Virus record (IMG/VR): IMGVR_UViG_3300023218_000202
Coordinates: 3,833 to 67,832 of that record
Source of the DNA: a virus
Taxonomy: Duplodnaviria; Caudoviricetes
Strand: one strand, 5' to 3'
DNA length: 64,000 nt
Shown: positions 36,766 to 45,115 of the stretch, piece after piece
How positions within the stretch are numbered: the first letter of the stretch is position 1
How the letters are laid out: each line of letters begins with the position of its first letter
Made by a program: the position numbers and the translations under genes
Notes under the pieces: model-generated
Database searches by the model: none
Seen by the model: only the letters and a program-made list of their open reading frames with translations
Told to the model about the DNA's origin: nothing

Positions 36766-37047
36766 ATGAACAGAGGCACGACAAGCAGCGCTCGGCTTAC
36801 CTCGAGCGGCGTGGTCAAGGCCGCTGGCGATCGTGTGGACTTGCAAGCGCTGGTGGTCAACCCCAGCGGCAGCGCGGGCACGGTCACGCTATACGAAGGC
36901 GTAGACACCGATGGCGACGTGCGCTTCTACTTAGACACGCCGGCGGGCGGCGTGCCGATCGTGGTGCCCTTCGACGGCGGCCTGACCTTCCGCGCTGGGC
37001 TGCACGTCGAGCTGTCCAACTGCGAGGTCAGCCTGAGCTACTGGTAA
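36766..37047 (+). CDS. Small beta-rich structural protein
   Basis: GTVTLYEG...GLTFRAGLHV pattern; in the structural operon. Confidence 0.65.
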   Translation: MNRGTTSSARLTSSGVVKAAGDRVDLQALVVNPSGSAGTVTLYEGVDTDGDVRFYLDTPAGGVPIVVPFDGGLTFRAGLHVELSNCEVSLSYW

Positions 37048-37057
37048 GGAGGAAACT

Positions 37058-37252
37058 GTGAAGAAGATCAGCGGTTCGATGGTGGTACGTGAATCGGCGA
37101 GTCGCTCCTGGAGCCCCGGCAAGACCCGGCCGGCGCGCAAGGCGCGTGAGGGTTGTGTCCCGTGTCGGAAGAAGCGGGCACTTGAAGCGGTCACCCGGAT
37201 GAGTGACGACGAGCTGCTGAAGATCCGCCCCGACTTGAAGGGCTACCTGTAA
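37058..37252 (+). CDS. Small protein with leader motif and scaffold-like motif
   Basis: SD AAGGAGG. KKISGSMVVRESASRSWSPG leader; CVPC..ALEAV...RPDLKGYL matches the scaffold. Confidence 0.75.
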   Translation: MKKISGSMVVRESASRSWSPGKTRPARKAREGCVPCRKKRALEAVTRMSDDELLKIRPDLKGYL

Positions 37253-37254
37253 CC

Positions 37255-38097
37255 ATGAAATCCTCGTTTACGCCCCGAGTTTCCTACCGCGCTCGCGCCG
37301 ACATCCAGATTGGCCCGGCGCGCCGCGAGGCCCTGGAGATCCAGGCGCGCGAGATCTTCGAGCGCCTGGTGGACGAGCGCCGAGGAGACCTGGACAGCCC
37401 GGCCGCGGACGAGGCCTGGGACGTGGTCCTGACCGAGCTGAATCGGTTGCGGGATGAAGACAGCCGCCCTGGCGGGGCCGGCTTCGACACGTTCGACCAG
37501 CTGGACGCCTACCTGGAGGGCTTCATCCGCAGCACGGTCAACGAGCACTTCGGCACGCCCGCACCCGAACCGGTGAATCCTGCCGAACGCGGGCGCAGCG
37601 CGCCGCGGGCGCGGCTCGACCCCGGCGCTGCTGGCGGGATCGTGATCGACAGGCAGGCGCTGCAGGCGTTCGCTCGTCAGTCATTCGCCCGAGCCAAGTC
37701 CGATCGTGGCCTGGAAGGCGCTGACATCGACTTCGGCCCCGTGCGTAGGGAGGTCGAGCGGGTCGTCGTCGAGCGCATCGGATCCAACGGCCAGCGGGTG
37801 ACCAGCCAGGCCGCGGCCGAAGGCGTGATCCGCTTGTTCATCAATCAATACCTCGACGGGGATGTGGAGCTCCCCATCGACGAGGGGGCACTGCAGCGGT
37901 TCGCCGAGCTGCACTTCCGCAGGACGGCGCGCAACTTCGGCCTCAGTCCGGATGGACTGGACTTCGAGCCGGTGCAGGCTGAGGTCGTCCGCGTGCTGGA
38001 CGAGGGGACGGACATGTTCGGCCGGCCCGTCACGACCCAGCGCGAGGCCGAAACTGCGCTGCAGACGTTCATCAACGACTACCTGAGCCAGTTCTGA
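37255..38097 (+). CDS. Helical-repeat head-associated protein
   Basis: One IGP/RDED domain plus two tandem ~70-aa repeats (ID..AL..FA...F......GL...DF.PV..EV...FIN.YL). Confidence 0.75.
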   Translation: MKSSFTPRVSYRARADIQIGPARREALEIQAREIFERLVDERRGDLDSPAADEAWDVVLTELNRLRDEDSRPGGAGFDTFDQLDAYLEGFIRSTVNEHFGTPAPEPVNPAERGRSAPRARLDPGAAGGIVIDRQALQAFARQSFARAKSDRGLEGADIDFGPVRREVERVVVERIGSNGQRVTSQAAAEGVIRLFINQYLDGDVELPIDEGALQRFAELHFRRTARNFGLSPDGLDFEPVQAEVVRVLDEGTDMFGRPVTTQREAETALQTFINDYLSQF

Positions 38098-38108
38098 AGG
38101 AGGCGCCC

Positions 38109-38282
38109 ATGCCCGAAGAGGACACCCAGTTCGTGGAGATGAAGATCGAGGAGGACGCCGCCCGCGAGGCGCACCTGTTCCTGCACGAGTGGCTGCACGG
38201 CAAGACGATCGCGGCCGATCGCGAGCGGATTCACACGGTCGTGAAGCGCTTCGAGGAGCAGTTCGGGACGATCGAAGGGTAA
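38109..38282 (+). CDS. Small His-motif protein
   Basis: SD GAAGGAGG; EAHLFLHEW...IHTVVKR. Confidence 0.6.
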   Translation: MPEEDTQFVEMKIEEDAAREAHLFLHEWLHGKTIAADRERIHTVVKRFEEQFGTIEG

Positions 38283-38299
38283 AGCCGAGGTGATGAGCG

Positions 38300-38797
38300 A
38301 TGGCCGCATCCGTCCGCTGGAACGAATACAACGGCGCCGGTGCAACCGAAACTACCGGAATCACCAACGTCAACGCCGGCAGCGTCGACAGCCCCAACCT
38401 CGACCCGGCCGCCAATCCGGTCAAGGTCGGGGAACACGCTTACGACAAGTGGCACAAGATCGACTTCTTCGGCGGGACGTTCAACAAGGTCAGCAATTTC
38501 AAGTTCTGGCGCTCGGACAGCGGCGGCGGGGACGGCGCTTCGCTCCCGACGGGCATCACGGTCAAGGGCGAGGTCGGCACGCCGGGCGGAGGCGATCTCA
38601 CCTTCAGCCAGCCAGCGACCTCGGCGATCGCAGCTTCGGATGTGCCCAACACCGAAGCCGGCGCGCTCAGCGTGGGTCCCTCGGAGCTGACGGCCACAGG
38701 CAAGAGCCACTACATCCACACGCAGGTGCAGTCCACCGGCTCGGCCCCGACCGGCGAGACGCAGTTCTGGTACACGTTCCGCTACGACGAGGAGTAG
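38300..38797 (+). CDS. Virion structural protein
   Basis: Gly/Thr/Ser-rich beta protein (W.EYNGAG...NVNAGSVD.PNL...KW...F..V.NFKFW). Confidence 0.7.
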   Translation: MAASVRWNEYNGAGATETTGITNVNAGSVDSPNLDPAANPVKVGEHAYDKWHKIDFFGGTFNKVSNFKFWRSDSGGGDGASLPTGITVKGEVGTPGGGDLTFSQPATSAIAASDVPNTEAGALSVGPSELTATGKSHYIHTQVQSTGSAPTGETQFWYTFRYDEE

Positions 38798-38798
38798 T

Positions 38799-39356
38799 GT
38801 GGTTTCGCGGGCGTTGAAATCGGCTCGGGAGCGCGCATGGTATCCGGGTATGCTTTGCCCGGCTCGTGCCCGTGCCCAAGCGCTCTCCGACAAGGAGATA
38901 GAGCGCATCTTCGGTAAGCGCACCTCGATCAGCCGTAAGGGCAGGTCTGGGCCGCTACGTTTCTGGCAAGAGAGGGGCCTACTTGCGGGCAATGTGCTCG
39001 ACCTGGGGTGCGGCCGTGACCAGCATGATTTTGCCTGCTACGACCCGTTCCACAATCCAGAGGTTCAGCATCTGGCTAAGAAGTGGAGCACGATTATGCT
39101 CAACTACGTCCTCAATGTCCAACCCAGCGATCACCTCATCACCGAGGTCCTCGCGCTCGCGCGCCACATGCTCAAGGACAACGGTCAGGTCTTGATCGCG
39201 ATTCGCAACGACCTCGGCCAGGATCAGAGCACCAGCCGCGGCGTGCAGCAGGTAAAGTCCGTGGCCGAATGGCGCTCGTTTGTCGAGCCTATTTTCTCGG
39301 AGGTCAAAACACTCAAGGAGAAAGGGGACTTCATTGCGCTCGTCGCTCGTCCTTGA
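38799..39356 (+). CDS. Class I SAM-dependent methyltransferase
   Basis: VLDLGCG motif I, YDP and NYVLNV motifs. Confidence 0.8.
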   Translation: MVSRALKSARERAWYPGMLCPARARAQALSDKEIERIFGKRTSISRKGRSGPLRFWQERGLLAGNVLDLGCGRDQHDFACYDPFHNPEVQHLAKKWSTIMLNYVLNVQPSDHLITEVLALARHMLKDNGQVLIAIRNDLGQDQSTSRGVQQVKSVAEWRSFVEPIFSEVKTLKEKGDFIALVARP

Positions 39357-39978
39357 GGCCTCCCGCCAACGCGCGTGGTATCCGGGGATGGTTGTGCGTG
39401 AGGAGTCTAGCTCGATCGAAGAACTGAAGCGCGAGGCCAGGGGCCTAGGCGTCCCGTCGCGCAGTAGGGCGCTCGACGCTGAGAACCCTGTAGGTAAGCA
39501 GATGGGCAAGAAGGTCTGGATCCACAGGCAATACGACGATGTGCTGCCACGGCGTGGATACCAAGCTGCGATCGATAGGTTGCCGGATGGCTTCAGTTTT
39601 AATGTCGTCCGGTACGACATGGGAACGGGGTCGTTCGCGTTCTTTGACTCGCCCGACTTCGATGGCGTACCCGAACCGGAGGTGGGGGAGTCGGTGTTGG
39701 TCTCGGGTAGCGAGGTGAAGCGTAGAAGCCCACAGGCGGACCCGCTGATCTGGCATCACAAATGGCTGTTCGTCAGGGATGACTACCAAGGTTTCGATGT
39801 GGCTGAGAGCATCCGGCGTTCAATCCGCTGGAAGAAGGTCGTAGGAAACGACCCGAGCCTATCTGCTCGAATCGGCCGTAAGAGCGTCTGGGGAAGAGAG
39901 GTACTCCCCAAGTTGAGAGGTGAGGGGTCAACGACCCGCCCCCTGAACGGGGCAGGTCTCCTTGGCCGAACTCTATGA
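39334..39978 (+). CDS. Domain resembling the non-MTase part of phosphorothioation-associated methyltransferases
   Basis: TTG start after AAGGAG/GGGG. GK..GKKVWIH...SPDFD..PEP.VGES...PLIWHHKWLFV motif (recalled, not searched). Last codons come from the mini-IS. Confidence 0.65.
   Translation: MRSSLVLEASRQRAWYPGMVVREESSSIEELKREARGLGVPSRSRALDAENPVGKQMGKKVWIHRQYDDVLPRRGYQAAIDRLPDGFSFNVVRYDMGTGSFAFFDSPDFDGVPEPEVGESVLVSGSEVKRRSPQADPLIWHHKWLFVRDDYQGFDVAESIRRSIRWKKVVGNDPSLSARIGRKSVWGREVLPKLRGEGSTTRPLNGAGLLGRTL
39927..39964 (-). mobile_element. 38-bp non-autonomous IS200/IS605 mini-element (LE/RE hybrid)
   Basis: Reverse complement caaggagacctgccccgttcagggggcgggtcgttgac. First 26 nt equal the left end at 61219; the 3' part equals the right end at 62516; same TCGGC flank. 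Confidence 0.85.
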
Positions 39979-40448
39979 TCGGCTCGCCCGTCTGGACCAT
40001 CGAGTTCACCACCGGGGTGCAGCTTGTCACCCACGAGCTGCCCTTGAGCGAGTGCCGCCGGCGCGAGATCCCACTGGAGCGCATCGCCGCGATCCACCTG
40101 GGCCGCTGGCGACGTTGGGCTTCGGTGGACATGGGGACAGGCAGCTTATCTGTGGGCCGGCAGCGCTTCGGGCACTATCTCGACGGCGAGCAATTGGACG
40201 TCAAGCGGGACGAGATCGAACCGCTGGCCAAGCGCCGGACCTATAAGATCTGGAACGCGGCCACGGGGGAGAGACGCGAGCGCTGCGTCTACCTGCTGGG
40301 GTGGCGCCGCGGGCCGCTGGCGCGCTACGTCGTGGTGGACGAGCGCGGCCGGCAATTCTGGCTGGGGAGCGACGGTGATTCCGCATGGCTCAGTGGGGCA
40401 AGTCCCAGTGGGGCAAACACGCCTGGGGGCTCTTCAGCCAGACGCTAA
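39975..40448 (+). CDS. Hypothetical protein (possibly the C-terminal half of the upstream gene)
   Basis: In frame with the upstream ORF once the 38-bp element is removed. Confidence 0.6.
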   Translation: MIGSPVWTIEFTTGVQLVTHELPLSECRRREIPLERIAAIHLGRWRRWASVDMGTGSLSVGRQRFGHYLDGEQLDVKRDEIEPLAKRRTYKIWNAATGERRERCVYLLGWRRGPLARYVVVDERGRQFWLGSDGDSAWLSGASPSGANTPGGSSARR

Positions 40449-41182
40449 GGAAAACCAAAGCCGGCACGGTTCGGTTCTGGCAACAGCTCAAGCAGACCAA
40501 GGTCGGCACGGTCAAACTCTTCCGCCAGCCCTCCCTCACTCACGCCGGGACGGTTCGTCTCTGGATGCGTTTTTGGAATACGCTCTCCGGGGTAGTCCAC
40601 CTCATCTTGCAGCCCCAATCCACGCTCTCGGGATCGATCAAGCTGTGGAACCGGCTGAAGCAAACGAAAGCGGGCAGCCTCTACCTGTTCTTGCGAAAAC
40701 AGAACACGCTCTCAGGGGCGACCCATCTCTGGGAGCGGATCAAGCAGTCGCTGAGCGGTACCGTCCGCCTGTGGGCGCAGAAGGTTTCGACCCTGGCCGG
40801 CGTCGTGCGCCTGGTGCAGACATTCCGGAACACGATCGGCGGAGCAATCCATCAATGGGCCCGTCTCAAGCAGACGAAATCTGGTGTTGTACGCATCTGG
40901 GGGCGGCTGCGAGCGACGAAGGCGGGCCTAGTCAAGCTTTCCTTGGGGAAGCAGAGCACAATGGCGGGGAGCGCAGATTTCTTCCTGCGACTTCTGAACA
41001 CGGTGGCCGGGTCGATCACCTTGTTTCAGAGTCCGAGGAGTACACTCACGGGGATCATCCGCCTCGCGTTCGAAAAGCAGTCAACGGTGGCGGGTAGCAT
41101 CCACCTACGGGTCCAGCCTGGGATGGCCAGCCTCAGCACAACTGGGATCCAAGGCAAAATCGGATCCCTTACGAAGGTCTAA
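40385..41182 (+). CDS. 14-aa tandem repeat protein (beta-solenoid/fibre candidate)
   Basis: About 16 repeats of xT[LK][AS]GxxxL[WF]xxxx. Confidence 0.75.
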   Translation: MAQWGKSQWGKHAWGLFSQTLRKTKAGTVRFWQQLKQTKVGTVKLFRQPSLTHAGTVRLWMRFWNTLSGVVHLILQPQSTLSGSIKLWNRLKQTKAGSLYLFLRKQNTLSGATHLWERIKQSLSGTVRLWAQKVSTLAGVVRLVQTFRNTIGGAIHQWARLKQTKSGVVRIWGRLRATKAGLVKLSLGKQSTMAGSADFFLRLLNTVAGSITLFQSPRSTLTGIIRLAFEKQSTVAGSIHLRVQPGMASLSTTGIQGKIGSLTKV

Positions 41183-41193
41183 GGGGGGATTGC

Positions 41194-41550
41194 ATGATCC
41201 GAACGAGTTTTCTCGGGACGCGCTGGGACATCGAAATCTGGGGGCAATCGACCTTCGGCCCTCACACGATCCGCATCCTAGACGAGGACGGCGACCCGTG
41301 GCCGGTGGTGGCCACGGACGTGGTGAAGCTCTTCGTGAAGCTGAACCCCGACGACGCCGACGGGAGCGCGCTGGTCGAGAAGGCGCTGACGTTGCTCGAC
41401 GCGGCCAAGTACGAGCTCAAGCTCACCAGCGCGGAGATGGCCATCGCTCCCAACAACTACGACCACCAGATCGTGCTGATTCCCAACGGTGGTGGCCGGC
41501 ACGTGGTCTTCTACGGGGACTTCGTCGTGCGCGAGTCCCTGCCGGATTAA
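41194..41550 (+). CDS. BppU-N-like Ig-fold structural protein
   Basis: YELKLTSAEMAI.P.NYDHQIVL...YGDFVVRES pattern. Confidence 0.6.
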   Translation: MIRTSFLGTRWDIEIWGQSTFGPHTIRILDEDGDPWPVVATDVVKLFVKLNPDDADGSALVEKALTLLDAAKYELKLTSAEMAIAPNNYDHQIVLIPNGGGRHVVFYGDFVVRESLPD

Positions 41551-41562
41551 GCGAGGTCAACC

Positions 41563-41838
41563 GTGGGAACCTTCAATCCTAAACTGAACGACGACCTGAG
41601 CTGGGTCCGTGCGATGATCCGGGACACGGATACAGTTTCCCCCCACCTCCCGGACGAAACGATCAAGGGTCTGCTCGACGAGCTGCCGAAGGAACAGGCG
41701 GCGGCCTACGCACTCCGGATGATGGCCGTGGACGACACGATCTTGCTGGGCAAGTACACCAACCTCGACGGGAAAGTTGACATCAACGCGATCTCGGATT
41801 ACCTGAGGGAGATGGCCAACGTATGGAGTCCAGACTAG
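41563..41838 (+). CDS. Head-tail adaptor-like protein 1
   Basis: F...L.DDLSWVRAMIRDTD....LPDETI..LL...AAA.A pattern. Confidence 0.6.
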   Translation: MGTFNPKLNDDLSWVRAMIRDTDTVSPHLPDETIKGLLDELPKEQAAAYALRMMAVDDTILLGKYTNLDGKVDINAISDYLREMANVWSPD

Positions 41839-42011
41839 AGGCGTTTGAGGGTATCTCACAAACTCTAGACATATTTTCCAAGAGGACAAAAGAGATTTTA
41901 GAATCCTTGGAGGAGACGGCAGCCTTAGTAGACACGTCGATCCAAGAATGGGGATCTGCCGCTTCATCTTTGGATCGCTCACTCTGGGAGTCTGATCTAT
42001 ACAATGCCTGA
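41823..42011 (+). CDS. Small helical protein
   Basis: Similar to the N-terminus of the next protein; coupled. Confidence 0.5.
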   Translation: MESRLEAFEGISQTLDIFSKRTKEILESLEETAALVDTSIQEWGSAASSLDRSLWESDLYNA

Positions 42012-43431
42012 TAAAGTCTTGGTTCTCGCGGAATCAATTGAGAATAGTCTAGACCTCTTCTCTAAGCAGGCCAGTGGACGTTTGGAGTCGATCGAAGGGA
42101 TGCTGAATGGGTTAGATCTGGCTGTCCAGCAAGCTGGCGAGCAGGTTGAAAGAATCCTTGACGAGGTCGACGAAACCGATGCAGCAATCGACGAGGTCGA
42201 CACCAAGGCCGACAACATCAGCCAGGTGGTCGGGGACTTGTCCAATTTCGGGTCGCTCACAATCGAGCAGATCATCGGCAATCTGTCCAACTTCGACACG
42301 ACCTCGATCAGCCAGGCGATTGGTGATCTGAGCACATTCGGTACGACCTCAATCGTGCAAGCGATCGGCAACCTGGATGACTTCAACGCACTATCGGTCC
42401 AGCAGGTCATCGGCAACGTGTCCAACTTCAACTCGTTCGACCTGAGCACGATTATCGGTTCGGTCACGGGTGGCACGCTCAACATCGCCACGCGGATTGA
42501 TACTGTCGATTCCAACGTCAACATCCAGAACACGATCAACGGGAACATCCAGGACTTGCTCGTCCAGGCGACCAGCATCGTAGACGCCATCGTGAACGTC
42601 GACGGAGGCGATATCGGGACGCTGACGGTCTCGGCCAAGACGATCGATACGCTCAACATCCAAGTTGAAAACCATGACGGGGAGGTATTTGATCCGGTTA
42701 AGGGGAACGAAAACCTCAAGCTGGCAATCGGACTGCCACTCACGAGCTTTGTTAGTGTCGATGGGGGGTTGGAAACGAACAGGCAGAACATTCAGCAGAC
42801 CGCGGAGGACCTGGGCGCGTTGAGCAATATGACCTTGGCAGGCTCGACCCTGCTCACGACCGTCGAGGCCAACCAAAACGACATCAGCAGCATCAAGAGC
42901 GCGCTTTGTCAGTGGGATACGGTCATCAACTGCCACGGCACGGAGATCGTCTTACTCGGAGGGAACAGTTGTGGCTTGGTAAGCTGCCCCTCCTCCTTCC
43001 CCTCCGGCACGCTGGTCCGGACGGACGAGGGTTTGTTGCCGATCGAGATGGTCGAGCCGGGCATGCACGTCATGGCTCCGGCCAAGCTGAGCCGGGTCGG
43101 GTGGCTCTCCGGCGAGATCGTGCATGAGGTGCGCACTCGGACGGCTCCGGGGACAGTGGTAATCCGCGTCCGTGAGGCGACAGAGGTCTTGGAGGCGACC
43201 CCCGAGCACAAGCTGACCGTCCTTCGTCGCGGGCGGGTACGCTTGGTGGAGGCTGGGCGGATCGAGCCCGGCGATACACTCACCCGCTATGGCCGCCTGG
43301 GGCGGCTGGCCAAGCGCGGGACGACGGTGGTGGAGGAGGTCGTTCGACATGACGAGCCCACGCAGGTCTACACCCTCGAGGTGCTGCGGGGACGATTCCT
43401 TGTGGGCGCACCTGGCTGGGTTGTCCACTGA
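42004..43431 (+). CDS. Virion protein with 15-aa repeats and C-terminal Hint domain
   Basis: Repeats I.Q.IG.LS.F; Hint blocks SFPSGT, ATPEH, VYTLEV, ending VVH-stop. Confidence 0.8.
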   Translation: MPDKVLVLAESIENSLDLFSKQASGRLESIEGMLNGLDLAVQQAGEQVERILDEVDETDAAIDEVDTKADNISQVVGDLSNFGSLTIEQIIGNLSNFDTTSISQAIGDLSTFGTTSIVQAIGNLDDFNALSVQQVIGNVSNFNSFDLSTIIGSVTGGTLNIATRIDTVDSNVNIQNTINGNIQDLLVQATSIVDAIVNVDGGDIGTLTVSAKTIDTLNIQVENHDGEVFDPVKGNENLKLAIGLPLTSFVSVDGGLETNRQNIQQTAEDLGALSNMTLAGSTLLTTVEANQNDISSIKSALCQWDTVINCHGTEIVLLGGNSCGLVSCPSSFPSGTLVRTDEGLLPIEMVEPGMHVMAPAKLSRVGWLSGEIVHEVRTRTAPGTVVIRVREATEVLEATPEHKLTVLRRGRVRLVEAGRIEPGDTLTRYGRLGRLAKRGTTVVEEVVRHDEPTQVYTLEVLRGRFLVGAPGWVVH

Positions 43432-43456
43432 GCAACGAAAGGAGCTGATCCGAGTA

Positions 43457-43663
43457 ATGGCACGTGCAGGCTACTACATCGGCAACACGCGCTTCGAGCA
43501 ACGCGGGGACGAGATGCTGGTGGTCGAAGAGGGGGGAGAGCCCGTCAGGATTCCGATGGAGGGACTCACGATGCTGGCCCAGCACCTATTGCTTGTTGGC
43601 CGACAGTATGAGCAGGAGCTGCGCCAGCGGCAGGCTCAGCAGCAGAACGGCACACAGGGATAG
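43457..43663 (+). CDS. Small hypothetical protein
   Basis: SD AAAGGAG upstream. Confidence 0.55.
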   Translation: MARAGYYIGNTRFEQRGDEMLVVEEGGEPVRIPMEGLTMLAQHLLLVGRQYEQELRQRQAQQQNGTQG

Positions 43664-43668
43664 AGGGC

Positions 43669-43947
43669 ATGGCACGCGGCATGTCTCGCCGGGGGCTCAA
43701 GCCCGTCTTGATCCGGTTCCATACGAACTACACCGCTTATCCCGCAGAGATTCATGATTTGGATTCCCGGATAGCTATTAGTTCTGCACACCAGCTTGAT
43801 TTGATTTTCCAAAAGGCCGGGATGGAGGTCCAAATCGAAGATGAGAAGGGGAAACTTTATCGGCTTGCTGCTTGGCTGAAGGTAATGCTCGGAGCCCTAG
43901 AGACCCCTAGAGAAGGGAACGATGGATCTAACGGAAGTTCTAATTGA
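43669..43947 (+). CDS. Hypothetical protein
   Basis: 92-aa ORF in operon. Confidence 0.55.
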   Translation: MARGMSRRGLKPVLIRFHTNYTAYPAEIHDLDSRIAISSAHQLDLIFQKAGMEVQIEDEKGKLYRLAAWLKVMLGALETPREGNDGSNGSSN

Positions 43948-45061
43948 CGGCTCTTTCGAGTCTGGGAGCCACAACCAAACACAGCCTCTAAGCCCTCCGG
44001 GTACGCTCAGCATGGGACTCCCATTCGGTGACGCCCTTCATAGTCTCCCCCAACTTCATCAAGTCTCCGTGCTCTCAAGAATATATACGGGATCCGGTAA
44101 CGTGATCCAAAATGAAGGTCTTGCTGGGGACGGGCAATTGATCGATGGGAATTGGGAAACAGATGTGGATAAGGTGTTTTTGAAAGATCCACACATTGTA
44201 TACGGCCATCACTCTTCGATGGTTGGGATTACAACAGGAGGGGGCCCACCTCCAACACACAATTTTTCTGCAGCTTTTGTCATCCGTAACTGGAAGGGTG
44301 GGACATTGTTCCATAAGCCGGAATTTCTGAGGGTCCAAATGGATCCTGCAGAGCCAAGTAAGTTTGAAATTGGCCATTCTATCCAAACTTCATCAGGCAA
44401 GAAGTCTCCCTCAGAAAATGTCGAGATAACGTTTGTGGTCCAGGTTCCATTAACTGCCCATCTAGGCAACCAAATTGCCGAAGAAAAAAGTTGGGTTTCA
44501 ATAGGTGTGAGGTTGAGTGGCGGGCAGTATACCGTATTCATTAACGGAGAAAGCTACAGAGTCCATCAACTTGATAATCGTGTAACACAAGACCCAGGGC
44601 ACGATCTGCATATTGGTAGGGAATATGATCTGGGAACTGGTCAAACAAGTAATCCATTCCAGGGGGATATAGACCAGGTTGTATATTTTGGAGGGTCTGG
44701 AGCAAATAACTTTCTCTCTTCGGCTTTTCCAACGACTGCCACCTGGTATGGGCCAATCACAGACCTTGGTTCCTCTAAGATACTATCGAGAATCACGCAT
44801 CAGTCATTCATCTCTCGCCCGCATAATGTCCAGTTGGAAATTAGAATGACAGACGATGGGGGAGAGTTAAAACAATATGATTCAGAAGCAATAGATCTAA
44901 AGGAAACAAACACTGGGTTTTGTGATGGCCAAAACTTGAAAACTCTCTTTTCTCGTGGCTTATTGAAGGGGAGATTTTTCCAACCTGTCATAACATTTAC
45001 GAGACCTAAGACATTCCCCTTCCTCCCCTACGTCAAAAACCTACGCCTGTTCTTCCGTTAG
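43922..45061 (+). CDS. LamG/concanavalin A-like domain protein (receptor-binding candidate)
   Basis: WVSIGV...YTVFINGE...LHIGR...FQGDIDQV motif; visibly lower GC. Confidence 0.75.
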   Translation: MDLTEVLIDGSFESGSHNQTQPLSPPGTLSMGLPFGDALHSLPQLHQVSVLSRIYTGSGNVIQNEGLAGDGQLIDGNWETDVDKVFLKDPHIVYGHHSSMVGITTGGGPPPTHNFSAAFVIRNWKGGTLFHKPEFLRVQMDPAEPSKFEIGHSIQTSSGKKSPSENVEITFVVQVPLTAHLGNQIAEEKSWVSIGVRLSGGQYTVFINGESYRVHQLDNRVTQDPGHDLHIGREYDLGTGQTSNPFQGDIDQVVYFGGSGANNFLSSAFPTTATWYGPITDLGSSKILSRITHQSFISRPHNVQLEIRMTDDGGELKQYDSEAIDLKETNTGFCDGQNLKTLFSRGLLKGRFFQPVITFTRPKTFPFLPYVKNLRLFFR

Positions 45062-45115
45062 GAGTCATTGCCAGCCCTTAAACTGGGGCCAATCAGTAAG
45101 AAGGAGGGCGTAGAC

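Noticed and set aside
38814-39390. Repeated TTGA..-17/18-TGGTAT-6-ATG read as a leaderless promoter motif
   Set aside because: The same RxWxPG motif recurs at 6954 and 37058 with different codons, so conservation is at the protein level. TGGTAT is also a poor -10.
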